From sequence record OL964735.1: DNA of 64,000 bases; one strand, given 5' to 3'. Position 1 is the first letter of the stretch; each line of letters starts with the position of its first letter. The position numbers and the translations under genes were made by a program. The notes beneath the pieces are model-generated. The model worked only from the letters and a program-made list of their open reading frames with translations, did not search any database and had not been told where the DNA came from. The DNA comes from Escherichia phage T4. Shown piece after piece: positions 1 to 8,825 of this stretch.

Positions 1-204
1 TTAATTCATATTACGCTTAATAACTTCAGCAACTTCTAGTAGTTCATCTTTAGTTGCGGTGTCGGATTGAATTTTATCTCTAATATCTTTAAAGCGGGTT
101 TTAAATTCTTCGGCTTCTCCCATATCGAAAAAGCGTTGAATGATTCTATATTCTCGATGAACTGCTTTATCAAAAAGTTCTAAATTTACTTTATATGATT
201 TCAT
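1..204 (-). CDS. small early protein, positional equivalent of T4 rIIA.1 (67 aa)
   Basis: Complete ORF (ATG at 202-204, stop at window edge); early promoter 230-259 directly upstream; lies downstream of gene 60 as in T4. Confidence 0.6.
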   Translation of the reverse strand: MKSYKVNLELFDKAVHREYRIIQRFFDMGEAEEFKTRFKDIRDKIQSDTATKDELLEVAEVIKRNMN

Positions 205-229
205 TTCAATATCCTCATTTGCCCAATTA

Positions 230-259
230 ATTATACCACATCCTTGTGGTAAAGTAAAC
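230..259 (-). promoter_or_regulatory. T4-type early promoter (minus strand -35 GTTTAC at 254-259, 18-nt spacer, -10 TATAAT at 230-235)
   Basis: Exact match to recurring GTTTAC-18-TATAAT architecture; upstream of the 1-204 ORF. Confidence 0.7.
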
Positions 260-791
260 TACTGGCTCATCCATTCTTTACGAAGGTCAGCATTATCTCC
301 CATGAGCATTTCAAAAAGCTCTTTCCAGTTCTCAGGAAGTTTAACAACATCATATACTGGGTTTTGAATCATCTCACGATATTCAGATTTTTCCAAAGAG
401 CCAAGTCCCTTAATATAACGGATGCTATGTTTAGGTAGAGCATCTTTGGCACTCTCATATTCAGCGACTGTATAAAACCATTCTTGTTTTTTACCGACCT
501 GAGCGATGATTACAGGAGTTTTGACAAAGCGAATTCGTCCTTGCTCAAACAATTCTGGCCAATTACTAAAAAATCCGAGCAGAGAAGGATAAATAGAACC
601 TAATCCAATAATCTCTTAATTATGAGGTATTTCTATAGATAGCCCGAAGGCTATCCATCGTGATCTGCGTCTGTCATAATAGCGACATTCGCATAGTTCA
701 TTGAAGAGGATTTAATAGAACGACGAACATTGTTCTGCAATTTATATTTTTTCATATCAACGCTAGAAGAATCAATTTTTACAAATTTCAT
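259..791 (-). CDS. 60: DNA topoisomerase II subunit gp60, translated through a 50-nt ribosomal bypass (codons 1-46 at 654-791, coding gap 604-653, codons 47-160 at 259-603)
   Basis: N-terminal segment MKFVKIDSSSVDM...MTDADHDG ends in GGA followed by TAG (651-653); second segment LGSIYPSLLGFFSNWPELFEQGRIRF... resumes at UUA (601-603); both match recalled T4 gp60. Confidence 0.93.
604..653 (-). other. gene 60 translational bypass (hop) element: 50-nt untranslated coding gap with take-off GGA 654-656 and landing GGA 604-606
   Basis: Minus-strand sequence GGA UAG CCUUCGGGCUAUCUAUAGAAAUACCUCAUAAUUAAGAGAUUAUUGGA UUA read directly; contains the UUCG-loop hairpin right after the take-off codon. Confidence 0.93.
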
Positions 792-1590
792 TATACACCT
801 CATAGAACTTTTCATCAGGAATCCAACCGCGTTTAAATTCATTAAATGCTCGGCCGAATAATTTTGAATTCACAGTTATATTATTAACTGATTTCCATTT
901 AGCAACTCCCGTTCGTTTATAATGATCGGGGTCATATTTCGTGACGTACCATTCATATAAATTTGGTATTAATTTTACAGCCTCTGGATTTGTCGCTGAT
1001 TTATTATACCATGGTTTCGCTTTTTCAAGTTCAGCTGCTTTTGCAGTAGCAGCAACAGTATTTCCAATACCAACTAATTTTTCAGTTTTAATGCGTGGAT
1101 CATTAACATGAAGACGAAAAACTTCGCCCTTTTCATTTTTAAAGCATGTCATGCCTTTAATTCCAGGAAGCTTAACACCTTTATTAACACCGCACCATTC
1201 CTTTGGGTTAAATGATCCTTTAATTAATAAGGCGCATTTACCCGATTTAATACTTCTCATTAAAACTTTATCTTTCATAAAGTTTTTTGACCATTCAGAT
1301 ACTGCTCTTTGATGGTAAATTCTAGCAATTTCATATAATTTACTAGAACGTAAATATTTTTCAGTGTTTAACATTCTATTCATCGCATATGCCATTTCAC
1401 GATTACGATGAATTTTATATAGTAGAAAATGTGCTAAAAAGTGTTCACGAAAAGTCAGTTTCACCAAATTTTCTTTATCATCAGAACCTCCCATTGATCT
1501 TGGAAGGATATGATGAATTTCACCCTTAAATTTAGAAACGCGGGTTTTACCCCGCACTATTAAGTCATTATAGATTTTTTCGTAATTCAC
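772..1590 (-). CDS. mobA: HNH homing endonuclease MobA inserted between topoisomerase genes 39 and 60
   Basis: HNH motif EIHHILPRSMGGSDDKENLV; N-terminus MNYEKIYNDLI like other mob genes; first codon reads GTG; overlaps gene 39 end by 23 nt and gene 60 start by 20 nt. Confidence 0.8.
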   Translation of the reverse strand: MNYEKIYNDLIVRGKTRVSKFKGEIHHILPRSMGGSDDKENLVKLTFREHFLAHFLLYKIHRNREMAYAMNRMLNTEKYLRSSKLYEIARIYHQRAVSEWSKNFMKDKVLMRSIKSGKCALLIKGSFNPKEWCGVNKGVKLPGIKGMTCFKNEKGEVFRLHVNDPRIKTEKLVGIGNTVAATAKAAELEKAKPWYNKSATNPEAVKLIPNLYEWYVTKYDPDHYKRTGVAKWKSVNNITVNSKLFGRAFNEFKRGWIPDEKFYEVYNEICKN

Positions 1591-3118
1591 CTACTGTTAT
1601 CCATTTACCATTAATCTGTACTTCATCATTTTCATTTACGATAATTGTATCGCCATTTAGCTCGAAAGTAAACCACTCGCCATCTTCTTTTTCTTCAAAC
1701 GCTTTTTCACCGAGAACTAGACCAGTGATTGCGCAAATATCAAATAGTTCTTTGTTTTTAAGCATATCTGCATAAGACATACCCCAACTGTTGAGAACTT
1801 TACCACGCAATGGATAACCACCGTGAAGTTCTTTATCACGAACATCAATAAGATATCCGATAGCCGAATCACCCTCAGTCAAGAAAAGAGTAGTATCAGC
1901 ATCTTTACCGCAAAGATTCGCTTTGATATGTTTATGAACCTTAGCTTTAGAAGCCTTTTTAGCTGCTTTAGTTTCTGCTGCTTTTTCTGCCGCCAATTTA
2001 CGAGCCAAAGCAGCTTCAATAATCGGCATTAGAATTGCTTCATTATTTAGAATAGCACGTGAAATCTTTTTAGCATCAAGTTGAATATGACTACGAATTT
2101 CGCCAAATGGAGAAGTCAAACGCTCTTTAGTTTGAGAATCAAATCGCATGTTTTTCATATCACGAACAAACATAACGATAGTCAAACATTCTTTGACACG
2201 TGCTTTAGTCACATCAATTTTGAACTTACGTTTGATTTGTGGAATAAGGTCTTCACAAATATCATCCATAGCGCAGTCAATGTGATGGCCACCATTCTTA
2301 GTATGAATGTTATTGACGTATGTTAATTGACGAAAACCATCCGGTGAACGACCAACCGCAATAGAACAATTTTCTTGCTCTTGAACAATAGCATGTTCAT
2401 CATACTGCCGTGCATATTTCTTAAAATTGCCCTGAACCTTTTTACCATTAAAGGTAAATTGAATATCAGGATAAACTACAGCAAGTGTCTGGAGACGATC
2501 CAGTGTAATGTCAAGATAAACTTGGGACAGCTCATTAGTTTCAAATGACATAAAATCAGGAATGAAAGTAACACGAGTTCCTTTCCATTTTCCAGGAATA
2601 TCTTCCCATGATTTATTTTCCATGCCATTTGAACAACGAACTACAATATTATTTTGACCGTCGCCAGTTTCACCGACAAACATCACAGAAAAAATGTTTG
2701 TCAAACTAGAACCAACACCGTTCATACCGCCGGTGACGCGTTCTTTATCATCACCAAAGTTACCACCTGCTTTTGGAATAGTCCATGCGGCAACAGGACC
2801 AGGAATTTCTTCACCGGTAGGTGTTTTAACCATCGCTTGTGGAATACCGCGACCGTTATCTTCAACTGTTACTTGATTGTTTTTAATAGTAACATTAATT
2901 TTATTCGCGAATTTAAACTTAGTACGAATACCTTCATCTACTGAGTTATCGATAATTTCATCAATAAGCTTAACAAGACCAGGTACATACTGAACACTTT
3001 CCCATTTACCAAACATAAAGCGCTCATGCGTTTCATTAGCAGAAGAGCCAATGTACATGCCACTACGCTTTTTGATATGTTCAATATCGCTCAGAATTTT
3101 AATTTCATTCTTAATCAT
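1568..3118 (-). CDS. 39: DNA topoisomerase II large (ATPase, GyrB-like) subunit gp39, 516 aa
   Basis: Track ORF begins GTG-ATG; ATG at 3116-3118 gives MIKNEIKILSDIEHIKKRSGMYIGS, matching recalled T4 gp39 length and N-terminus. Confidence 0.92.
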   Translation of the reverse strand: MIKNEIKILSDIEHIKKRSGMYIGSSANETHERFMFGKWESVQYVPGLVKLIDEIIDNSVDEGIRTKFKFANKINVTIKNNQVTVEDNGRGIPQAMVKTPTGEEIPGPVAAWTIPKAGGNFGDDKERVTGGMNGVGSSLTNIFSVMFVGETGDGQNNIVVRCSNGMENKSWEDIPGKWKGTRVTFIPDFMSFETNELSQVYLDITLDRLQTLAVVYPDIQFTFNGKKVQGNFKKYARQYDEHAIVQEQENCSIAVGRSPDGFRQLTYVNNIHTKNGGHHIDCAMDDICEDLIPQIKRKFKIDVTKARVKECLTIVMFVRDMKNMRFDSQTKERLTSPFGEIRSHIQLDAKKISRAILNNEAILMPIIEAALARKLAAEKAAETKAAKKASKAKVHKHIKANLCGKDADTTLFLTEGDSAIGYLIDVRDKELHGGYPLRGKVLNSWGMSYADMLKNKELFDICAITGLVLGEKAFEEKEDGEWFTFELNGDTIIVNENDEVQINGKWITVGELRKNL

Positions 3119-3170
3119 CACTTATCCTCGTTTGGTTTCGGGAATATTATACTCCGGTAATCATAAAGCT

Positions 3171-3188
3171 AAAGGCCCGAAGGCCTTT
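3171..3188 (-). terminator. intercistronic GC hairpin (GGCC-UUCG-GGCC on transcript) between 39.1 and 39
   Basis: Plus-strand aaaGGCCcgaaGGCCttt; anchored to 39.1 stop at 3188-3190; weak U-run, likely RNA-stability element or attenuating terminator. Confidence 0.5.
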
Positions 3189-3448
3189 TATTTAAAACGA
3201 ATAGTTGAATCCTTAAAGAACAGCCCAGAACATACTGTTCCTTCTACTTTCTGCCCGGTAGGTCCAATAGCACGAAATCCAGTATGCTGGAAATCATTTT
3301 CAGAGCAACCGAACCAATTATATCCAGTGATTTCAATATTAGTAAAACCACTTGAAGACAAAACTTTGGTTGCATTATCAGCATCAGTACATCCTATTAA
3401 AGACACTGCTAATACTAATGCTGCAATAGAACGATTAATATATTTCAT
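3188..3448 (-). CDS. small lipoprotein-like protein (86 aa), positional equivalent of T4 39.1
   Basis: Signal peptide with lipobox (AVSLIGC); ATG at 3446-3448. Confidence 0.65.
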   Translation of the reverse strand: MKYINRSIAALVLAVSLIGCTDADNATKVLSSSGFTNIEITGYNWFGCSENDFQHTGFRAIGPTGQKVEGTVCSGLFFKDSTIRFK

Positions 3449-3450
3449 AA

Positions 3451-3627
3451 TTACCCTTTAAGCAAGTCGTAAAATCCACCATTCACATGCTTAGGAGCGG
3501 AAACTAACCGAACAGCCAGCCGATGACAATCAGGACATACATCAGTATCTCTTTCAGAAATTTTCTTGATTTTTTCGTATTCTTTTGCACAGTCTTTGGA
3601 TTGACATTTATAATCATAAAGCGGCAT
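3451..3627 (-). CDS. 58-aa zinc-ribbon protein (CxxC...CxxC), positional equivalent of T4 39.2
   Basis: Translated by hand: MPLYDYKCQSKDCAKEYEKIKKISERDTDVCPDCHRLAVRLVSAPKHVNGGFYDLLKG; below the 60-aa track cutoff; fills the gap between goF and 39.1 exactly. Confidence 0.6.
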   Translation of the reverse strand: MPLYDYKCQSKDCAKEYEKIKKISERDTDVCPDCHRLAVRLVSAPKHVNGGFYDLLKG

Positions 3628-3629
3628 AA

Positions 3630-4055
3630 TTATTCCTTAAAGTAAGCTTTCAACATCTGATATAAAGACCACGCCTGATCATTATTTTCAATAGTAACTT
3701 TCATGACTGGGAATTCTGTGAAATCTTCTATTTGTTCTTGCTCTTTCTCTTCCTGCTCTTGCTCTTCAACCGCCTGATATGGATTTTCCACTTCATCAAA
3801 GAACCCAGCTTCGTTAGTAGAGAGCCAGATAAAGTTTTCGTCAAGGATATCACCGCCGGCACAACGTTTGAGTACACCTATGGATGTCATAATTTTAGTA
3901 GGACGCCCAAGATAATCAGCATCTAAAATTTTAAAAGGCTCCATACCTAAACGTCGTGCATAGATTCCGTTATCAGTATGGTCTTTAATAAAATTTTCTT
4001 GAGCTTGTTTATTTTTAAATTGATACCATTTATTAACTTCAAATTTAATAGCCAT
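3630..4055 (-). CDS. goF: GoF (comC-alpha) early protein, 141 aa
   Basis: Length and position match T4 goF; acidic C-terminal region. Confidence 0.7.
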
Positions 4056-4270
4056 TAATAAATTTCCTTCCAGTAAGTTGTGCCGTCTTCAGTAATTTCA
4101 CGAAATACACCATAAATTGGCTGTTTATCACCGACTTTCTCATACACATAAACAGAAGTCAAGTGAGTAAACTTGCTAGTATGTTCCTTTTGAACTACTA
4201 CCAAATTTGGATCAAATAATACATCTTCAAATTCATCATTAGTGCAATTCTGAACAATTTTACGTTTCAT
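4055..4270 (-). CDS. cef: Cef-like small protein (71 aa)
   Basis: Length and position as in T4; 1-nt stop/start overlap with goF. Confidence 0.65.
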
Positions 4271-4440
4271 TACAATTTCCTCATTAATTGAACAGTGGAG
4301 CGATACGTTTCAGAAGAGTATCAACACCTTTAGCGAATTTTCCATTTTATTCTCCAAGTTGTTTTCTGTATCAGTAGTTGATATTGATATAGTACCATAA
4401 TCAACTACTGATGTATATAGTTTTATGAAAAATTTAAACT

Positions 4441-4929
4441 TTATGCATAGAGAGCATTGCTATAGTGTTTAATCCAACTTTCAGGAATGACTTTGTATGT
4501 TCCTAAAAATACCACGTTGTACAACTTAACACCATCTTCTACCCATTGATCGGTAATGTATCCACACATAGCGCGAGTATAAACAACCCTTCCATCATCT
4601 TTAATAAAGTTAAATTCACAAGGAGCAATGAACTTGATAGCCTGACCGAGTTTCCACTTAAAGTCTACACCTACATGCGAAGTATCAATCGTTTCAATTC
4701 CTTTAGCAGGAACAGCTTTTAAAAACGCAGACTCAAGAAATTTCGCACGAACATAGCCAAACTGGGGTTTAGACTTTCCATCTTTAGGAATGATACGCAC
4801 TTTTACTTCAGAATCTTCATCTTTAACACCATGCTTAAGCTGAATGCTTACAACTTCGACCAATTTTCCTGCTGCTTTAGAACGGGATTTATCAGATACA
4901 CGAGCTAATTCACCAATATTAATAATCAT
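4441..4929 (-). CDS. motB: MotB, 162 aa
   Basis: Length and position match T4 motB; paralogous to the next ORF upstream. Confidence 0.7.
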   Translation of the reverse strand: MIINIGELARVSDKSRSKAAGKLVEVVSIQLKHGVKDEDSEVKVRIIPKDGKSKPQFGYVRAKFLESAFLKAVPAKGIETIDTSHVGVDFKWKLGQAIKFIAPCEFNFIKDDGRVVYTRAMCGYITDQWVEDGVKLYNVVFLGTYKVIPESWIKHYSNALYA

Positions 4930-4973
4930 AGTTATCTCTCACTTGTTAAAAAGATTTTATACTCCACGGGACC

Positions 4974-5003
4974 ATTATACTCTGGTCCCAAGAGTTTGTA
5001 AAC
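4974..5003 (-). promoter_or_regulatory. T4-type early promoter (-35 GTTTAC 4998-5003, -10 TATAAT 4974-4979)
   Basis: GTTTAC-18-TATAAT on minus strand; an inverted repeat GGGACC/GGTCCC (4968-4989) overlaps the -10. Confidence 0.7.
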
Positions 5004-5005
5004 TA

Positions 5006-5437
5006 TTAATTCAAAATAGCTACCACTGCACTACGAGGAACTACGGAGTACTCTCCAGCATGAACTACGTTCAGAAGTTCAACGCCATCTTCAATCCATT
5101 GGTCAGTTACCCAACCACCAATCGGATTCGCAAATGGACGACGAATGTAAACTGCCTTACACAACAAATCAGTCGGGTCTTCAGGTTTTTCAATTTCTGT
5201 CAATAGATTAAAATCTTCTTCATAGATGATGAATGATGATACCCTTCCATAATAGTTTCTAATTTCCATGTACACTGTACCAATGAGAATTCCACTATTA
5301 ACACTAATGACAGTAAAAGGATATCCGCCAGTTGTACCAAGAAGTTCCCAAAATTTGCTATCAGTCGTATTCGACATTGTCTGAAAATCAATTTCAGATG
5401 GTTTTTTCATTTGATACGCAGTATTAATTTTAATCAT
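5006..5437 (-). CDS. hypothetical protein (143 aa), paralog of MotB C-terminal region (positional motB.1)
   Basis: Shares ...TDQWIEDGVELLNVV... with MotB ...TDQWVEDGVKLYNVV... Confidence 0.65.
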   Translation of the reverse strand: MIKINTAYQMKKPSEIDFQTMSNTTDSKFWELLGTTGGYPFTVISVNSGILIGTVYMEIRNYYGRVSSFIIYEEDFNLLTEIEKPEDPTDLLCKAVYIRRPFANPIGGWVTDQWIEDGVELLNVVHAGEYSVVPRSAVVAILN

Positions 5438-5447
5438 AATTTTCTCT

Positions 5448-5948
5448 TTAGTTTAAGGTAATAAAGCCTTTTAGTTCGGCATAGGATTTACGGAACATTA
5501 CTTGATGCCCGCCAATGATAACTTGGTCATCTGGTACTTCGTATACAGCAAGATAAAATCCTTTCGAAGCTAATTCTTCACGCTCTTCTCGTGTGAACCA
5601 TTTCATCATATCATATTCGCTAGCAAAAGCAAAATGATAAAGAGCTACAAACCATCCGGGAATATGATATTCTACTCCAACATAATCTTTCTTGAACTTA
5701 GTATTAATTACGATATTAGCATTTTTAACTAATAGTTTGTCTTCGTGCGGCACAGGAATTCTTTTATTATCATTACTATGATGCATAAAATTAGGTCTGT
5801 CATAACCTACATGTAATAACCACTCTTCACTCCATGAATCTATTATACTTCTATACGGCGTTATTTGAACACAAAGATCTCGGCGTATTGTTATAGCGTC
5901 TTCATAATTAAGAATACTAAACGATGATTCAACACGATAAATTTTCAT
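5448..5948 (-). CDS. hypothetical early protein (166 aa from ATG at 5948; positional motB.2)
   Basis: Track ORF starts at TTG inside promoter 5976-6005; first ATG (MKIYRVESS...) has SD GAGGA 7 nt upstream. Confidence 0.6.
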   Translation of the reverse strand: MKIYRVESSFSILNYEDAITIRRDLCVQITPYRSIIDSWSEEWLLHVGYDRPNFMHHSNDNKRIPVPHEDKLLVKNANIVINTKFKKDYVGVEYHIPGWFVALYHFAFASEYDMMKWFTREEREELASKGFYLAVYEVPDDQVIIGGHQVMFRKSYAELKGFITLN

Positions 5949-5975
5949 TTTATTATCCTCAGTAGCTATGGTGTT

Positions 5976-6005
5976 ATAGTACCACAACTAACCGAGGAAG
6001 TAAAC
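5976..6005 (-). promoter_or_regulatory. T4-type early promoter (-35 GTTTAC 6000-6005, -10 TACTAT 5976-5981)
   Basis: GTTTAC-18-TACTAT on minus strand, anchored to dexA stop at 6012. Confidence 0.7.
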
Positions 6006-6011
6006 AACTTT

Positions 6012-6695
6012 TTATCGTTTTGTTGGAAGAGATAGAGGATCGCATTCTTCCTCTGATGGAGCATCTTCAAGACCCATAGCATATCGCAAAGCATACTTCA
6101 TCATCAGGATGTCTTTCGCACAGTCATGAATAGAATCATGTGCAACGAATCCATCTAAAGTTCCCTTTGGAAGAGGACACGTTGTCATATCACGAACAAG
6201 CAGAAGTGCTTCAATTCTAGTACGAATATCACGCTGATTCCAAAATTTACAAGGTTCTAACTTAAATGTATCAAGCTCATTCTCGGAAACGCCGTTAAGA
6301 CGTTGAATATCGCGAATAAGATCGACTAAAATTGGAAAATCAAACGACATTCCACGGCACCAGCCTTGAGATTTCCAAGGATCGATATTATGTGCATTGA
6401 TGTAATCATTAAATTTTGCAATACCGTCGATAGTGCTTACATCTTCATCGGATGGTGCAATATTTTTTCGAGCTTCAGGAGATTGATTCTTCCACCATTC
6501 GATAGTACTTTTAGTAAAAAGACGGTGTCCTTTTTGGCTTTTTAAATCAAATTTGATTTTAATGCCACGTGAAACTAATTCATCGAATGTTTCAACTACT
6601 TCTGGATTAGGGTCAAAAGCAATTACAGCCAAATCAATAACCGCTGCTTTTTCACCACTTCCCATTGTTTCAAAATCTATAATAAAATCAAACAT
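6012..6695 (-). CDS. dexA: exonuclease A (DEDDh 3'-5' exonuclease), 227 aa
   Basis: Length and N-terminus MFDFIIDFETMGSGEKAAVIDLAV match T4 DexA; DEDD motifs. Confidence 0.88.
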   Translation of the reverse strand: MFDFIIDFETMGSGEKAAVIDLAVIAFDPNPEVVETFDELVSRGIKIKFDLKSQKGHRLFTKSTIEWWKNQSPEARKNIAPSDEDVSTIDGIAKFNDYINAHNIDPWKSQGWCRGMSFDFPILVDLIRDIQRLNGVSENELDTFKLEPCKFWNQRDIRTRIEALLLVRDMTTCPLPKGTLDGFVAHDSIHDCAKDILMMKYALRYAMGLEDAPSEEECDPLSLPTKR

Positions 6696-6952
6696 TAAAT
6701 TTTCCTCGCTAAATCACGAATTTGACCTACAGTATAGTCTTGAATATAAACTTTATTAATAGGCTCATCAATAAATTTTGCCATAGATTCAATATCTTTT
6801 TGTATTTCTTCAAGACTGTATACTATCTTTGAAGCTTTTTCGCGAATAGTGATATTTTCAGGACCCGGATTTTCTTGAATGACAACTTTAACATTTGTCA
6901 TAAGAGATTTAAACTGGTACCAACTTAATTCAATCATTAATAATCGCCTCAT
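6695..6952 (-). CDS. hypothetical small protein (85 aa; positional dexA.1)
   Basis: ORF in track; paralogous to adjacent 6930-7190 ORF (LEEIQKDI / LEEIERDL; DYTVGQI / DYVLGEI). Confidence 0.6.
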   Translation of the reverse strand: MRRLLMIELSWYQFKSLMTNVKVVIQENPGPENITIREKASKIVYSLEEIQKDIESMAKFIDEPINKVYIQDYTVGQIRDLARKI

Positions 6953-7190
6953 AAAGATAGCTAATTTCGCCTAAAACATAATCATTGATTGTAACAGTTT
7001 TAACTTCACCGCAAAAGAATTCTAACGCAATTAAATCTCGTTCAATTTCTTCTAATTGAAGCATCAACTTACTAGATTCAATTTTTACAGTTTCACGATT
7101 TTTGCTATAAGCTATTTCATAAATTTCGCTTACTTTATCTTGAAGAAGATAAAACTGATCTTTAGTTATTTCCACGAATAGCTTCCTCAA
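6930..7190 (-). CDS. hypothetical small protein (86 aa; positional dexA.2)
   Basis: ORF in track; tandem paralog of 6695-6952. Confidence 0.6.
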   Translation of the reverse strand: MRKLFVEITKDQFYLLQDKVSEIYEIAYSKNRETVKIESSKLMLQLEEIERDLIALEFFCGEVKTVTINDYVLGEISYLYEAIIND

Positions 7191-7196
7191 ATTTAA

Positions 7197-8516
7197 TCAT
7201 ACATAAAACACATCATAACGACCACGGGTGACACCAACATAAAGAAGTTGTTGAGCTAATTCAGCATCTGCATAATGAATACAAGGCGTATAAATGAAAG
7301 CACGGTCTACAGACATACCCTGCGCTTTATGGAATGTTGATGCAGGAAGTGCTTTCACTTTACTAAACTGTGATTTAGCATCCCAAAAATCACTCCACGG
7401 AGCTTTTCCGCCTTTGTTCCAATTTTTATAAGTTTCTGCTGTTTTACCTAAAAATAGGTTAAACTTATACAATTCTTCGTCAGATGAAATTATTTTAATC
7501 TTTTCACGATAATATTCATCATCGCCATAAGTTTCTACTGTTAAATCCCAATGACGAATTAGATATTCTCCAGGAACACCACGGGCTTTAACAAACGTTG
7601 ATGTATACTCTGCTTCTATAATACGAACTAATTGTCCGTTATTAAAAATAATTTCTGACACAGGCTTTCCATCAATTTTATATGTTTTAATTAATGGTTC
7701 CTGCATTACAATAATTTCACCGACAATAAAATCTTTATCAGTTTCAAAAATCTTTTTACGAATAATGCTATTTAACTTGTCAACAGATTTATTCGTAAAT
7801 GCCATTACGCGATTTTCAAACAAATCATCTAGTGATTTGACGATTGAAAAATAATTTACCATAAAATCGCGTAAAGCGGTATCACCAGTAAATCCACGTA
7901 CTCCATGCCCGTCAACAACTTTATCATAAATCCACTTACCGTTGCGAACGTCAGTAGCTACATCAATAATAGGAGCATTACTGCGTTTAACTTCAGTGAG
8001 TTCACACTGATAAAAATCTTTATGTGTAAAGAATGGACTGATATAAGCAGTATTTTCTCCTGGGTCAACAGGTCTGATTTGCTTATTATCCCCTATTCCA
8101 ATTATAGTACACCAAGGTGGAATAGTTGAAAGCAGAATTTTAAATAGCTTTCTATCATACATTGACACTTCGTCGCAGATTAATACTCTGCATTTGGCTA
8201 AATCAGGTACTTCTTTTTGTTCAAAAAGAACATTTTCTTCATATGTTACTGGGTTAATTTTAAGAATACTATGAATAGTACTCGCTTCTTTCCCTGATAG
8301 TTTTGAAAGAATCTTTTTAGCTGCATGTGTAGGAGCTGCTAAAATAATACCAGTTTCACCCGTAGATATTAAAGCTTCAATGATGAACTTAGTAAGAGTA
8401 GTCTTACCGGTACCAGCAGGTCCATTAATAGTTACATGATGTTTCTTTTCTTTAATAGCCTTCATAACAATGTTAAAGGCATTTTTCTGGCCTTCGGTCA
8501 AATCATCAAATGTCAT
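7197..8516 (-). CDS. dda: Dda DNA helicase (SF1B), 439 aa
   Basis: Walker A GPAGTGKTT; length and sequence match recalled T4 Dda. Confidence 0.92.
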   Translation of the reverse strand: MTFDDLTEGQKNAFNIVMKAIKEKKHHVTINGPAGTGKTTLTKFIIEALISTGETGIILAAPTHAAKKILSKLSGKEASTIHSILKINPVTYEENVLFEQKEVPDLAKCRVLICDEVSMYDRKLFKILLSTIPPWCTIIGIGDNKQIRPVDPGENTAYISPFFTHKDFYQCELTEVKRSNAPIIDVATDVRNGKWIYDKVVDGHGVRGFTGDTALRDFMVNYFSIVKSLDDLFENRVMAFTNKSVDKLNSIIRKKIFETDKDFIVGEIIVMQEPLIKTYKIDGKPVSEIIFNNGQLVRIIEAEYTSTFVKARGVPGEYLIRHWDLTVETYGDDEYYREKIKIISSDEELYKFNLFLGKTAETYKNWNKGGKAPWSDFWDAKSQFSKVKALPASTFHKAQGMSVDRAFIYTPCIHYADAELAQQLLYVGVTRGRYDVFYV

Positions 8517-8824
8517 CGTAAATTCCCTGCAATTGGTATACTAACAATACGCCCAGTATCTAAAATTCGCTGATATAATCTTTGCGTGTCTACGTCAGGC
8601 TTAACATGTTTAACTTCTATTTTATTAAACCAAAATTTACGTGGAGTCTCAACTAATCTTGGAATTCCCTTACCTAAAGCTAATCGATACTGCTCTTTAA
8701 GAGTGGTAAATACTTTATCAGCAATCTTCCATTCAAAAAATACAGCAGGACGATGTTCATCAAGCGGAACTGGCGCTGTAAATCCGTCTTTGTCTCGGTA
8801 AACTATCGCATATACATAAACCAT
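8513..8824 (-). CDS. hypothetical protein (103 aa; positional dda.1)
   Basis: ORF in track; ATGA overlap with dda. Confidence 0.6.
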   Translation of the reverse strand: MVYVYAIVYRDKDGFTAPVPLDEHRPAVFFEWKIADKVFTTLKEQYRLALGKGIPRLVETPRKFWFNKIEVKHVKPDVDTQRLYQRILDTGRIVSIPIAGNLR

Positions 8825-8825
8825 A

